63,423 bases of DNA from a virus. Its lineage: Duplodnaviria > Caudoviricetes. Below the pieces are notes generated by a model. That model was not told the DNA's origin, did no database searches, and saw nothing but the letters and a program-made list of their open reading frames with translations. Made by a program: the position numbers and the translations under genes. Positions 20,375-29,793 of the stretch are shown here, piece by piece. Every line of letters begins with the position of its first letter. Position 1 is the first letter of the stretch. The stretch is from positions 1 through 63,423 of IMG/VR virus record IMGVR_UViG_3300032665_000026; one strand, written 5' to 3'.

Positions 20375-20760
20375 TGGATAAAATTCAAGACAAGTTAGCT
20401 CAAGTATCAGATGTAATGTTCGAAAGAAACATTGCTATCATTGCGGGTAAACGCCAAGAAGTACAAATCTTTAGTGATGGTTTTGTCTACGAAGGTTTCC
20501 TGTGCGGGCTTGACGAAAAATGGGTACAACTCTATGGGCATGAAGAGAACAATAAAGATAACATTGATTCTCAGTGGAGATTCATCCTAATAAGCAAAGA
20601 GAATATTTCAGCGATTGGACCCACTGGTCGTAACCTAGGTGATATCGATGAAGTAACACGCGTTTGGATCAGTAAGAAGATTCAGATTTTTTCAGATGTT
20701 TCTGAAAAGTTTCTGTCAGCAAAGGTAAACAAAAATGACAATAGAAGAGAAAAGCTTTGA
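20374..20760 (+). CDS. Sm/Hfq-like fold protein
   Basis: VQIFSDGFVYEGFLCGLDEKWVQL and LISKENISAI resemble Sm1 and Sm2 motifs. Confidence 0.5.
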   Translation: MDKIQDKLAQVSDVMFERNIAIIAGKRQEVQIFSDGFVYEGFLCGLDEKWVQLYGHEENNKDNIDSQWRFILISKENISAIGPTGRNLGDIDEVTRVWISKKIQIFSDVSEKFLSAKVNKNDNRREKL

Positions 20761-21202
20761 TGGACCTCTTGCTAACTATGATGATGATAGTTACGATGAG
20801 ATAGTAGAAGTAGAACGAGCAGCAAGTAAAGAAGATCTCGTTAAAGAATTAGATTTGTCAAAAGCTAATGCACGAGAATTGTTGTTGTATTTTTGTAGTA
20901 GATTCAAAGAGACTCAAGGCTACGACTACAACGTAGAGTGGGTCAAAGAAACATCGATTCTTAAGTCTTTTAAAGAACGTTATGGTGATAACGCTGGGTT
21001 AATGATTGAGCTCCTTTTTGATAAGCACAAGGGCAAGATTAATGATAAGGTGTTCACTATTACAGCTTTTAGTCAGGGCAGTAAATGGATGCAAGACATC
21101 CTTTACGTTGAGTTGCAACAAGATAAAATTAAAGAAGAAAACCGACCAAGTTCAGAAGGGTTAATGTCAACTGATGATTTCCTTAAACGATTCAATGTTT
21201 GA
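20735..21202 (+). CDS. Hypothetical protein in replication module
   Basis: Directly upstream of the helicase loader. Confidence 0.6.
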   Translation: MTIEEKSFDGPLANYDDDSYDEIVEVERAASKEDLVKELDLSKANARELLLYFCSRFKETQGYDYNVEWVKETSILKSFKERYGDNAGLMIELLFDKHKGKINDKVFTITAFSQGSKWMQDILYVELQQDKIKEENRPSSEGLMSTDDFLKRFNV

Positions 21203-21974
21203 TTGGCAGAAGGATTATGTCAATCTCAAGTATGATTTCCTAGACGATGATGAGATCGACTACCTAGCATTAAAGTACCCACAGTTTGAGACCTTCAATA
21301 AGCGTGGTTGCCCCACGTGCGAAGATCGATCATGTGGCGATTGCAAGATTCAGCTACAGCTTTATAAGCACTACCTGCGTGCAGGCATTGGTTTGAATTA
21401 TCAGAAGCTAAGCTGGGAAGACTTCCACGGTGATGAGAAGGCATCGGACCTCGCTCGTATTTACCTAGGTCAGCACAAGGAATTCGTCAAGGGTGGTATG
21501 GGATGCTTGTACCATGGTTCATGGGGAACCGGCAAGACACTCCTTACTAGTCTTATCGCTAAAGAATTGGTTAAGCTAGGCTACAAGGTGTACTTCGCTA
21601 CCTTCACCCAAATGGTTGACGAGTTCACCCGTGGTTGGGGAAGCAATGAGGACAAGGCTCGTTTCGAGAGCAAGGTAGTAAAGAGTGATGTATTCTTCTT
21701 AGATGACATTGGCAAGGAATTCCGAACCAAAAACAATCTTAGTGAAGCAACATTCGACCACGTGCTTCGTCAGCGTGCGCTCGATAACCGACCAACATTC
21801 ATCACCACGAATATGACGATTGAAGAATTGAACGAGGGATACGGTAGTGCTATTTTCTCATTGTTGAAAGAGCGTATGATCGTTCACAACATGGAAGGTA
21901 TCGACTACCGTGAGTATGCAAGAAACCGTACTCTAGATGAGATTAAGACCGGACAAGTAAGAAAGATTTTGTAA
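21174..21974 (+). CDS. DnaC/IstB-like AAA+ helicase loader
   Basis: GSWGTGKT, FLDDIGKE, ITTN; N-terminal CxxC pairs. Confidence 0.9.
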   Translation: MISLNDSMFDWQKDYVNLKYDFLDDDEIDYLALKYPQFETFNKRGCPTCEDRSCGDCKIQLQLYKHYLRAGIGLNYQKLSWEDFHGDEKASDLARIYLGQHKEFVKGGMGCLYHGSWGTGKTLLTSLIAKELVKLGYKVYFATFTQMVDEFTRGWGSNEDKARFESKVVKSDVFFLDDIGKEFRTKNNLSEATFDHVLRQRALDNRPTFITTNMTIEELNEGYGSAIFSLLKERMIVHNMEGIDYREYARNRTLDEIKTGQVRKIL

Positions 21975-23257
21975 TGGATATTGAACGCAGCCTTATAAAG
22001 CATTTCACCAACCTAGAGAGCTTTCAAAAGATTTGGGACCAAGGTATTCGTAGTGAGCACTTTTTCGATGTAGGAATCCGGGAGCTGTTTGACTACAGCC
22101 TTGATTACTACGTCCGCAGTGAATTCAAGCAGACGGTGACACAAGATTTCCTAGAGACAAAGTTTGATGATTATTTTGATCGTCATGACTGGCCAGAAGA
22201 GGAATACCTTGTTGGTGTACTCATCGAAGAAATGGTGACAAAATACCGTAAGTCAACTGCTCAGGGCGCATTACTACAAGCAGCTAACGCTTTGGATAAG
22301 GACCCTGAAGAAGGCATCTCGATCGCTTTAAGTAACCTTTCAAGAATCCAGAGTGACACTAGCACCCGTGCACGTATTGAAATCTATGGCGAAGGTTATG
22401 ACCGCCGTGTTAACCAATACATGGATGAAGTTGCTAACCCTACAAAGGATAAGAAAGGCATTTATCTTGGCTGGGATGCTCTTAATGACCACATGTATGG
22501 GATCCGCAAGGGTGAGCTTGCCGTGGTCGTTGGTATCCCAAACGTTGGTAAGTCATGGGTTGGATCAGTAATCGCACTAGAGGCAGCACGACGCAAGAAT
22601 AAGGTTTATTTCGCATCGCTAGAATTGAGCAAGGAGCTTACGCTCATGCGACTCGACTGCCTAGTCAGTGGTGTCCCTTACACTCGTTACGAACGTGGTG
22701 AACTTACTCCTAATGAGTTGAAGCGCCTTAAAGATGCTCGGGAAGAGATCATGGAATTTGGTGAGTACCTTCTTATCGATTCTCCAAGCAAGAAATCTGA
22801 GCGTAGTGTCATGGAACTTTATTCCAAGGCTAAGCATTGGGGTGCCGAACTTATGGTAGGTGACCAACTGTCATGGATCACTACTGATAAGAACTTCGGT
22901 TCAAACAGCAACTACCAATCGTTGCAAATGTCTGAAGTAATCACCGATGTCGCAGCTACTAATCGTGAGATGGGTATGGCATCCGTATGGCTTGCTCAGT
23001 TCAACCGTGAGGCTACGAAGAGTAAGAAGGGTCGTGGTGGTCTAGGCAATATCGGCCTTAGCTCACAGATCGAACAGATCGTAGACATTGCTCTCGGAAT
23101 CGGCTGTACTCAGGAGATGAAGCGTCAGGAAGCTCTAGTGCTTGATATCATGAAGAGCCGACGAAGCAACCTCAAGTCTTGGATGATGAGCATGGAGTTG
23201 CATGATCGAACCAACTTGAGTATTGTCAGAGAGTACGAAGAAGCTAACGCTGAGTAA
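21974..23257 (+). CDS. dnaB: DnaB-like replicative helicase
   Basis: GIPNVGKS, SLELS, DQL, LAQFNR, IEQIVD, KSR. Confidence 0.9.
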   Translation: MDIERSLIKHFTNLESFQKIWDQGIRSEHFFDVGIRELFDYSLDYYVRSEFKQTVTQDFLETKFDDYFDRHDWPEEEYLVGVLIEEMVTKYRKSTAQGALLQAANALDKDPEEGISIALSNLSRIQSDTSTRARIEIYGEGYDRRVNQYMDEVANPTKDKKGIYLGWDALNDHMYGIRKGELAVVVGIPNVGKSWVGSVIALEAARRKNKVYFASLELSKELTLMRLDCLVSGVPYTRYERGELTPNELKRLKDAREEIMEFGEYLLIDSPSKKSERSVMELYSKAKHWGAELMVGDQLSWITTDKNFGSNSNYQSLQMSEVITDVAATNREMGMASVWLAQFNREATKSKKGRGGLGNIGLSSQIEQIVDIALGIGCTQEMKRQEALVLDIMKSRRSNLKSWMMSMELHDRTNLSIVREYEEANAE

Positions 23258-23260
23258 TAC

Positions 23261-23304
23261 ACGGGTGTGGTGGTCTAGAATTTTGCCTAGTCCACCATAC
23301 CTGT
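23261..23304 (+). terminator. Intergenic hairpin after dnaB (terminator or processing site)
   Basis: ACGGGTGTGGTGG/CCACCATACCTGT pairing with G-U wobbles on the + strand. Confidence 0.5.
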
Positions 23305-23360
23305 TGTAAAACCTGCTAGTATGATAAACAGTGCAACAATAGTAGAGAAAGTTAGTAAGT

Positions 23361-23789
23361 ATGCAAACATTTTTACCCTATGAAAGCTTCAAAGAGTCAG
23401 CTGCATCGCTAGACCGTCAGCGTTTGGGGAAACAGCGGGTCGAAACTATGCAAGTTATGAAAGCCCTATTCGATCCTTCCTACGGTTGGCAGAACCATCC
23501 AGCTGTAAATATGTGGCGTGGTCACGAATGGTACCTTTATCTGTACCAGCTTGCTATCTGCAATGAATGGACTTCACGCGGGTATAAAGATACTTGCCTA
23601 GAAAAAACCACAGACATCATTCTTGGTAAGCCATTCGGATTGACAAAGCCTGATTGGTTAGGCAATGAAGAATTCCATCGCAGTCATCGTAGCAATTTGA
23701 CACGCAAGCTGCCTGAACATTATAATCAATTTTGGGATGAAGCAAATGATCTTCCCTACGTCTGGCCAGATGAAATCCTTGTACCATGA
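23361..23789 (+). CDS. Pyrimidine-dimer DNA glycosylase family (MSMEG_6728-like)
   Basis: MQTFLPY, LDRQRLGKQRVE, HPAVNMWRG, HRSNL, LPYVWP. Confidence 0.9.
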   Translation: MQTFLPYESFKESAASLDRQRLGKQRVETMQVMKALFDPSYGWQNHPAVNMWRGHEWYLYLYQLAICNEWTSRGYKDTCLEKTTDIILGKPFGLTKPDWLGNEEFHRSHRSNLTRKLPEHYNQFWDEANDLPYVWPDEILVP

Positions 23790-24337
23790 ACTGCTTTAAA
23801 CTCGGAGAGAAACTATGAATTTTAAATGCTTGTTAAAAGGCCATGACTACGGTAAGTGGTGTGAAGCTGTTAGGGCAAACGAATATGGTGAAGTCCCAAT
23901 AATTATTCGCTACTGCAATAATTGTAAATCAAGAGACTGGGTGAAGAGAGTATGAACTGCCGACACTGTAAGGAAACTCTCGTACAAGTAGATCTTGAAA
24001 ATGGTGATTGGTTCCCCATCCATGAAGGTTGGAGGCAGAATGTCTACACTCATCAAGCACCAGCCCGACCACCGAATCGCAGAAACGGAGAAGCCATGAC
24101 CATCAAAACATTTACCGTGTACCGCAAGGGCGACTTAAGCGAAACCCACGACGAAAATCAACGACCATTTGGGCCAGACATTGCCGCCTACTGGGGTGTT
24201 GTTTTCCCAGACGGAACCTGCGTTCTCCGTTGGAACGGTCCTTCGGTGTCCCACAGCATTTGGGCCTCGTTCGAGGACGCCATGAAGGTCCACGGACACC
24301 CCGAACCTCGCTATGGCACAGAGATTGTGTGGCACTC

Positions 24338-24556
24338 GTGACCCCCGCCGGACGCCAAGCCCTACGAGAGAAGCACAGCAAGCGTCTTAATGACGGGGGG
24401 CGGTGCTTGGCTTGTGGTGGAGCAATGTCACACCCCTGCGACGTAATCAAGGTACTAGACGCTTACGAAGAACTCTATGATGATAATAAGAAAACATTAG
24501 AAGCATTGACGATAGCGTTGAATTTTGCCCAATCACTAGCAAAGATGATCCCATGA
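24338..24556 (+). CDS. Small Cys-containing protein, paralog of the next gene (GTG start)
   Basis: RQALREKH...CLAC...PCDVIKVLDAYE. Confidence 0.6.
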   Translation: MTPAGRQALREKHSKRLNDGGRCLACGGAMSHPCDVIKVLDAYEELYDDNKKTLEALTIALNFAQSLAKMIP

Positions 24557-24834
24557 CTGAAGACGAGCGCCAAGCCCTACGAGAGAAGCACCGAGAAATA
24601 TTTGATGATTACGGCTCAATCTGCGATTACTGCGATAGGTGCGGTTGTGGCGAGTATTACGTGGAGTGGCCCTGCGACGTAATCAAGGTACTGGATGCTT
24701 ACGAATCATTGATTGAATACCATTATCATGATGGGGATACTGACCGAGAGGACCCGTGGTGTAGGACTTGCTGGAAGCCATATCCCTGCGAAAAGGGAAA
24801 GGCTTTAGGACACCCTGACGGAGCAGAAGTATGA
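24553..24834 (+). CDS. Small Cys-rich protein
   Basis: RQALREKH...CDYC...WPCDVIKVLDAYE...CRTC...YPC. Confidence 0.65.
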   Translation: MTEDERQALREKHREIFDDYGSICDYCDRCGCGEYYVEWPCDVIKVLDAYESLIEYHYHDGDTDREDPWCRTCWKPYPCEKGKALGHPDGAEV

Positions 24835-25028
24835 CCCCCGAAGAACTACCTAATCTTGTTGGTTTTGGTACAGTTTTTGAAGCTTATAAAAAGGTTGAAC
24901 CAGTCTATATTATCAGTCGTGATGGTTCATTAATGCCCTGACAATGGGGGGAAGGTGAGTATTATCTATGAACGCTGAAGAACTTGTAAAAGATGTAAAG
25001 ACCTGTAAAGGATCACTTTGTATGTTCC

Positions 25029-26075
25029 ATGGGCGTATCTTTGGATGTCACCAAGAGGATGAGAATTGTAATGCATGATATATTCAACGGCCTCAACGCT
25101 TATGTGGTGCTACAAGACATTTTAGGAGTAGGCGAGATCCATGAGAGTGGCGATGAGCTTATTCACTCGTGCCATCTCCGCATTGGCAACCATAAGAATG
25201 GGGATCAAAGCCCCAGTGCTAGCTTAAATAAAGATACTCTATTGTTTAATTGCTTTACGTGCGGGGGCGGTAGCGTAATTTGGCTAGTTCAGAACTCACT
25301 GAATGTAAGCCGTGAAGAAGCCGTTGCAATCCTCATGGGAGAAGCCAATGGGACTACGATCGTGCCGATTGAGGATTTTATCAAGCGTTTGGAAGGTGTT
25401 TTCGAGCAAAACCATCATGAACGTACTGATATCCCCATCTACAGTGATACATTGCTTAGACGTTGGGAAGGCCCATGCGACTACCTTACCTCCAGAGGGG
25501 TCTCAGAGGCCGTACAACGGGAGATGCGAACTGGTGTAGAGAAGAACCGGTCAGAGGTCCAAAAATCCCCACAGGGAGAGCGGATGGTTGCTGTCGATAG
25601 GGTTGTAATACCACATTTCATGAAAGGTCAACTAGTTGGATGGGTAGCACGTAAGCTACAAGATATTCAAGGAATTCCCAAGTACAGGAACTCTAAGGGT
25701 TTCCCTCGAGGTGCATGGCTGTTTAATTTGGATAATGCAATCTTGCACGATGAGGTGTACGTTGTTGAGAGCCCAATGAGCGTCCTTGTGATGAAAAGTC
25801 GGGGTATTGATAACGTCGTAGCAACATTCGGCGCAAAAGTTGATGCTAGCCAACTCGCTTTGCTACGTAATTTCTCTCGGGTGATTATCTTTATGGATGG
25901 TGACGCCCCTGGTCGTATGGCCACGAGTCATCTTATAGAGAGTTTAGGGAGTTATACGAAATTATCTATAATTGAGACCCCCGATGATGAAGATCCTGCT
26001 ACGCTAGATGTTATACCCGCTTCAGTAAATTCTTTTGAGTATCAGTTAAAACACTGCTTGACTTACAGCAGTTAA
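25029..26075 (+). CDS. dnaG: DnaG-like primase (zinc finger plus TOPRIM); start probably 25071
   Basis: CH...H...FNCFTC, PKYRNS, VVESPMS, MDGDAPG. Confidence 0.9.
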   Translation: MGVSLDVTKRMRIVMHDIFNGLNAYVVLQDILGVGEIHESGDELIHSCHLRIGNHKNGDQSPSASLNKDTLLFNCFTCGGGSVIWLVQNSLNVSREEAVAILMGEANGTTIVPIEDFIKRLEGVFEQNHHERTDIPIYSDTLLRRWEGPCDYLTSRGVSEAVQREMRTGVEKNRSEVQKSPQGERMVAVDRVVIPHFMKGQLVGWVARKLQDIQGIPKYRNSKGFPRGAWLFNLDNAILHDEVYVVESPMSVLVMKSRGIDNVVATFGAKVDASQLALLRNFSRVIIFMDGDAPGRMATSHLIESLGSYTKLSIIETPDDEDPATLDVIPASVNSFEYQLKHCLTYSS

Positions 26076-26086
26076 GCTGCTACTAT
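26058..26086 (+). promoter_or_regulatory. Sigma70-type promoter for the SSB gene
   Basis: TTGACT-17 nt-TACTAT with extended TG. Confidence 0.6.
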
Positions 26087-26157
26087 TGAAGATGCAGTAC
26101 AACAACAAAATAATAAAATACATACAGCCCTAGGGCTTTTAATAGAAAGATAAACTA

Positions 26158-26991
26158 ATGGCGTTGCAAAAAGGCATGGCTGCCGTAAAAGCCAGTATTG
26201 AACGTTCACAACAGAGTCAAGGCCCTCGAACGTATGAGCAGACTAAGTGGTTCTATTGGCGGTCTACAGAGACAAAGGCTCTGCGATTCCTGACGGATTC
26301 CAACGACATCTACGTCGTGCCAGTGCATGACAAGGTCCCTACCTTCGACGGTAAGACGACAGCTTTCGTCTGCCGTAGTGCGTTCGAAGAGTCTTGTGAG
26401 CTTTGTGCTCGTGAGAAGGGCACCCCTGGTGCGTACCGTCGTGATGTTGGTTATGGCATTGCCGTACTTCGTGAAGAAGTTAAGGAAAATGGTAAGACCA
26501 CTGGCTACCGTGATGTTACTGAAGAGTACGAAGACGTGGTAGACGGTAAGACTGTCATCAAGAAGCGTCCTTATGTCGGCATCGTCTCACAGGGTATGCG
26601 AAACTTCTGGAATCAGATTGCTGTTATCTCCGAGAAGTATGGGTCACTTCGTGATCGTGAAATCGAGATTATGCGACAAGGTGCTGGTACTGACACCACG
26701 TACATGGCATTCGCCCAACCTGAGAAGGAAATCGCCAACATGGACAGCCGTTACGAGAAGTTTGTACCAGACCTTGAGGCCTACCTCAAGCGTATTGGTT
26801 CAGCCGAGTACTACGACGCGAAGATCCGTGGTATTGTTAAGGATAAGATGGATAAGAAGCCATCTAGCTCCAGCAATTACTCCGCACCAGCAATGGCTGT
26901 TGAAGAAGAGTACGCAGAGGATGACTACGTATCCATTGAGGAAGAAACCACCGCAGAGCGTTTGCAGCGTAAGCTAGCAGCTCAGGCATAA
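26158..26991 (+). CDS. Single-stranded DNA-binding protein (gp32-like)
   Basis: LRFL, H...C...CELC zinc motif, RQGAGTDTTY, acidic C-terminus, replication context. Confidence 0.7.
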   Translation: MALQKGMAAVKASIERSQQSQGPRTYEQTKWFYWRSTETKALRFLTDSNDIYVVPVHDKVPTFDGKTTAFVCRSAFEESCELCAREKGTPGAYRRDVGYGIAVLREEVKENGKTTGYRDVTEEYEDVVDGKTVIKKRPYVGIVSQGMRNFWNQIAVISEKYGSLRDREIEIMRQGAGTDTTYMAFAQPEKEIANMDSRYEKFVPDLEAYLKRIGSAEYYDAKIRGIVKDKMDKKPSSSSNYSAPAMAVEEEYAEDDYVSIEEETTAERLQRKLAAQA

Positions 26992-27015
26992 CGTTTGCTT
27001 CCACAAGCAAAACCC

Positions 27016-27073
27016 AGCTAGTATGCCCAGAGTGCACACCATAAGCGATCGTTGCGCTCTGGGTATGCTAGTT
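27016..27073 (+). other. Long hairpin between SSB and groES
   Basis: AGCTAGTATGCCCAGAGTGCA pairs with TGCGCTCTGGGTATGCTAGTT (21 bp including G-U). Confidence 0.65.
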
Positions 27074-27094
27074 ACCAAAACAAAAGGAATGAAT

Positions 27095-27385
27095 ATGTCG
27101 TTTACTGTACTAGAAGATAAAGTAGTAATTAAGATTGCACAGGTAGAAGAAACCACTGAGAGTGGCCTTTACATCCCTGATTCAGCTGCTGCCATGCCAG
27201 AAACTGGTGTTGTGGTTGCCGTAGGTCCTGGTAGAGTTACCAGTAATGGCACCCTGCTGCCTACTGGCATTAGTGTTGGTGATACAGTAGTATTTAGCAA
27301 GCGTTCTGCGCAGAAGATTGTGATCGAGGATGAAGACTATCTTGTCTTCCTTTCTGACCACATTCTTGCTATTGTAGAAAACTAG
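27095..27385 (+). CDS. groES: Co-chaperonin GroES
   Basis: LEDKVVI, TESGLYIPDSA, VVAVGPG, VGDTVVF; AAGGA SD before ATG 27095. Confidence 0.95.
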   Translation: MSFTVLEDKVVIKIAQVEETTESGLYIPDSAAAMPETGVVVAVGPGRVTSNGTLLPTGISVGDTVVFSKRSAQKIVIEDEDYLVFLSDHILAIVEN

Positions 27386-27485
27386 TTTGCATTAAGTTTC
27401 GGGTCCTGGTATCCCCTTCCAACGCCCGTGAAGTAGCTGAAGTCTAGGATAGGCTGCTTCCTCCTCCATATAGTAAGGTTGAATC

Positions 27486-28889
27486 ATGACAGATAAATTA
27501 GTCGCTTTACACGTTCATTCAGAGCACAGTTGCCTCGATGGTCTCGCAACAATCGATGATATTGTTAACCGTGTAGTAGACCTTGGGCAGAGTGCCGTAG
27601 CTATTACCGATCACGGTGAATGCAGTGGCCACCTACAGCTCCAGCATGCAGCTGATAAGGCTGGTATCAAGCCCATCTATGGCATGGAAGGTTACTTCAC
27701 CGAGAATCGCCATGAGAAAGCTGGCAAGAAGGGCGAGAACTACGACCACATGACAATCCTGGCAATGAATTCCAAAGGCCTAGAGAACTTGTGGTCACTT
27801 TCCAGCCTTGCTTATATCGAAGGTAGCTACTACGGCAACCCACGCTTCGACTGGGAACTACTGGAAAAGTACAATGAAGGGCTTATCATCACTGGTGGTT
27901 GCATGGGTGGTTGCATCGGTAAGCACCTTAAAGATGAAGGTAATTATTCAAAGGCTGTAGAGCGTATCGGTCGATACCAAGCGATCTTTGGTGAACGATT
28001 CCACCTAGAGCTGCACACGTATCTTGACCCAGAGAGCAACGAATGGAACTTGCGCGTTGCAGAAGCTGCTCTTGACTACAGCGTTCCTCTGATTACCGTA
28101 GCAGACTCTCACTACGCTAAGCCCGACCAGTGGTATGCGCATGAACTCATGACAGCTATCCAGATGGGCAAGACCATCAATGACCCATCACGGTTCAGCT
28201 ATGGTTCTAATCAGTTGTGCCTCTTCTCAGAGGAAGAGACTCGTAGCCGTTTAAGCTATCTACCCGATTCGATTGTTGACGGAGCTATCAAACGTACTGG
28301 TGAGATTGCTGATATGTGCGATGCTCGGGTACCAGGCTCACGTAAGATGCCTGTATTCTACAATACTGCCAAGATGGACGAACGTAAGATGCGTGAGACT
28401 GCCGAAGAAGGCTTCGCCCGTAAGATCGTTGGGCATACCGCTGAAGATATGATTCAGGTATATCGAGACCGCCTAGAATACGAGATCGAAATCGTTACCA
28501 CTCGTGGATTCCCAGGCTACTTCTTGACCGTACAAGACCTCATCAATTGGAGTAAGAGTGAAGGATTCCTTGTAGGACCTAGCCGTGGATGTTTTTTACC
28601 TGGATCTTATGTAGGACAGTGTAATGGAGAACATAAGTTAATAGAGTTAATAGAGAAAGGTGACAAGGTAACAAATTACTTTGAAGGTGAAAGTACGGTT
28701 ATTAATACATTTGTTTATGAAATCGATGAAGATATAATTTCATTAGAATTCGAAGACGGTGCGATAATAAAATGTACGCAAGATCATAAGTTCTTGACTC
28801 AAAGAGGTTGGGTGCCTGCCATCGAATTAACGCTAGATGACGAGGTAATAGAACATTATGCAAGTTTACAAGACGACGAACAAAATTAA
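27486..28889 (+). CDS. dnaE: DNA polymerase III alpha N-terminal half (aa 1-368) fused to split intein N-fragment (aa 369-467)
   Basis: PHP motifs HVHSEHS, ITDHG, DSHY; VGPSRG followed by intein block A CFLPGS and block B IKCTQDHKFLT. Confidence 0.95.
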   Translation: MTDKLVALHVHSEHSCLDGLATIDDIVNRVVDLGQSAVAITDHGECSGHLQLQHAADKAGIKPIYGMEGYFTENRHEKAGKKGENYDHMTILAMNSKGLENLWSLSSLAYIEGSYYGNPRFDWELLEKYNEGLIITGGCMGGCIGKHLKDEGNYSKAVERIGRYQAIFGERFHLELHTYLDPESNEWNLRVAEAALDYSVPLITVADSHYAKPDQWYAHELMTAIQMGKTINDPSRFSYGSNQLCLFSEEETRSRLSYLPDSIVDGAIKRTGEIADMCDARVPGSRKMPVFYNTAKMDERKMRETAEEGFARKIVGHTAEDMIQVYRDRLEYEIEIVTTRGFPGYFLTVQDLINWSKSEGFLVGPSRGCFLPGSYVGQCNGEHKLIELIEKGDKVTNYFEGESTVINTFVYEIDEDIISLEFEDGAIIKCTQDHKFLTQRGWVPAIELTLDDEVIEHYASLQDDEQN

Positions 28890-29793
28890 CGGGAAATTTT
28901 ATATAGGGCAAGATACACACGATGATCCAAACTATTATGGGTCAGGGGTTGCCATCGTGAATGCTATAAAATTTTATGGAAAACTTAATTTTTTTAAAGA
29001 AGTACTCCAAGTTTGTAATACTATAGATGAACTCAATCAAGCAGAGATAGAATGGATTAGCAAACTAGATGCTAACAACAGGAAAATAGCTTACAATATA
29101 CAACCAGGTGGTAACCAAAAAGATTCGTATACAAATAACCCTAATAGAGAAGAGATTCTTAGAAAGTTAATAGAATCTAATGCAAGAGTTAATAATGATC
29201 CCGTGCTATCTAAAGCCAAACAAGATAAAACCACCGAAACAAAGATGAAGAATGGTACTCATCCTTCTTTGCCTGGAATGAAAAAAAAGTATAGTGAAGC
29301 TAATAAGGGTAGAGTATTTACAGAAGATACTTGTAAGAAAATTAGTGAAGCTAATAAAGGCAAAGCAAAGACTGAAGAACATAAAAAAAAGTTATCTTTA
29401 GCTAAAAAGGGGAAGCCTTCATCCAACAAAGGTAAGAAAATGAGTAAAGAAGGCATAGATAATATCAAATCGTCATGGACTGACAATCGTAGAGTTAAAC
29501 ATTCACAAATATTTTCTGGTAGGATTGTTTCGGAAGAAACTAAGAAAAAAATATCTGAATCTAAAATTGGGAAACCTGGCACACCGCATACGGAGGATTC
29601 TAAGAAGAAAATCTCTGAAGCCAATAAAGGGAAAATATTCTCAGAAGAATCACGAAAGAAAATGTCAGAAAGCAGTAGGGGACAAACTGCATGGAATAAA
29701 GGTATCCCATGCACAGAAGAAACAAAAGAAAAGATTCGTCAAAGTATTTTGAGTAAGAGAGAGAAAAATGAAGCTAAAATCAAAGACGATTGA
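28858..29793 (+). mobile_element. Free-standing GIY-YIG homing endonuclease with NUMOD3 repeats inside the fractured dnaE
   Basis: VYKTTNKINGKFYIG, YYGSG, ELNQAEIEWI, AYNI; repeats of (H/F)TEE(T/S)KKKISEANKG. Confidence 0.92.

Noticed and set aside
27059-27066. Fifth CTGGGTAT octamer
   Set aside because: On the + strand, buried in a stem, with no closing stem or pseudoknot tail
27395-27462. Weak hairpins upstream of dnaE
   Set aside because: Pairings are short and ambiguous; no recognisable motif
29259-29752. Overlapping ORFs and repeats inside the endonuclease gene
   Set aside because: By-products of NUMOD3 repeat coding
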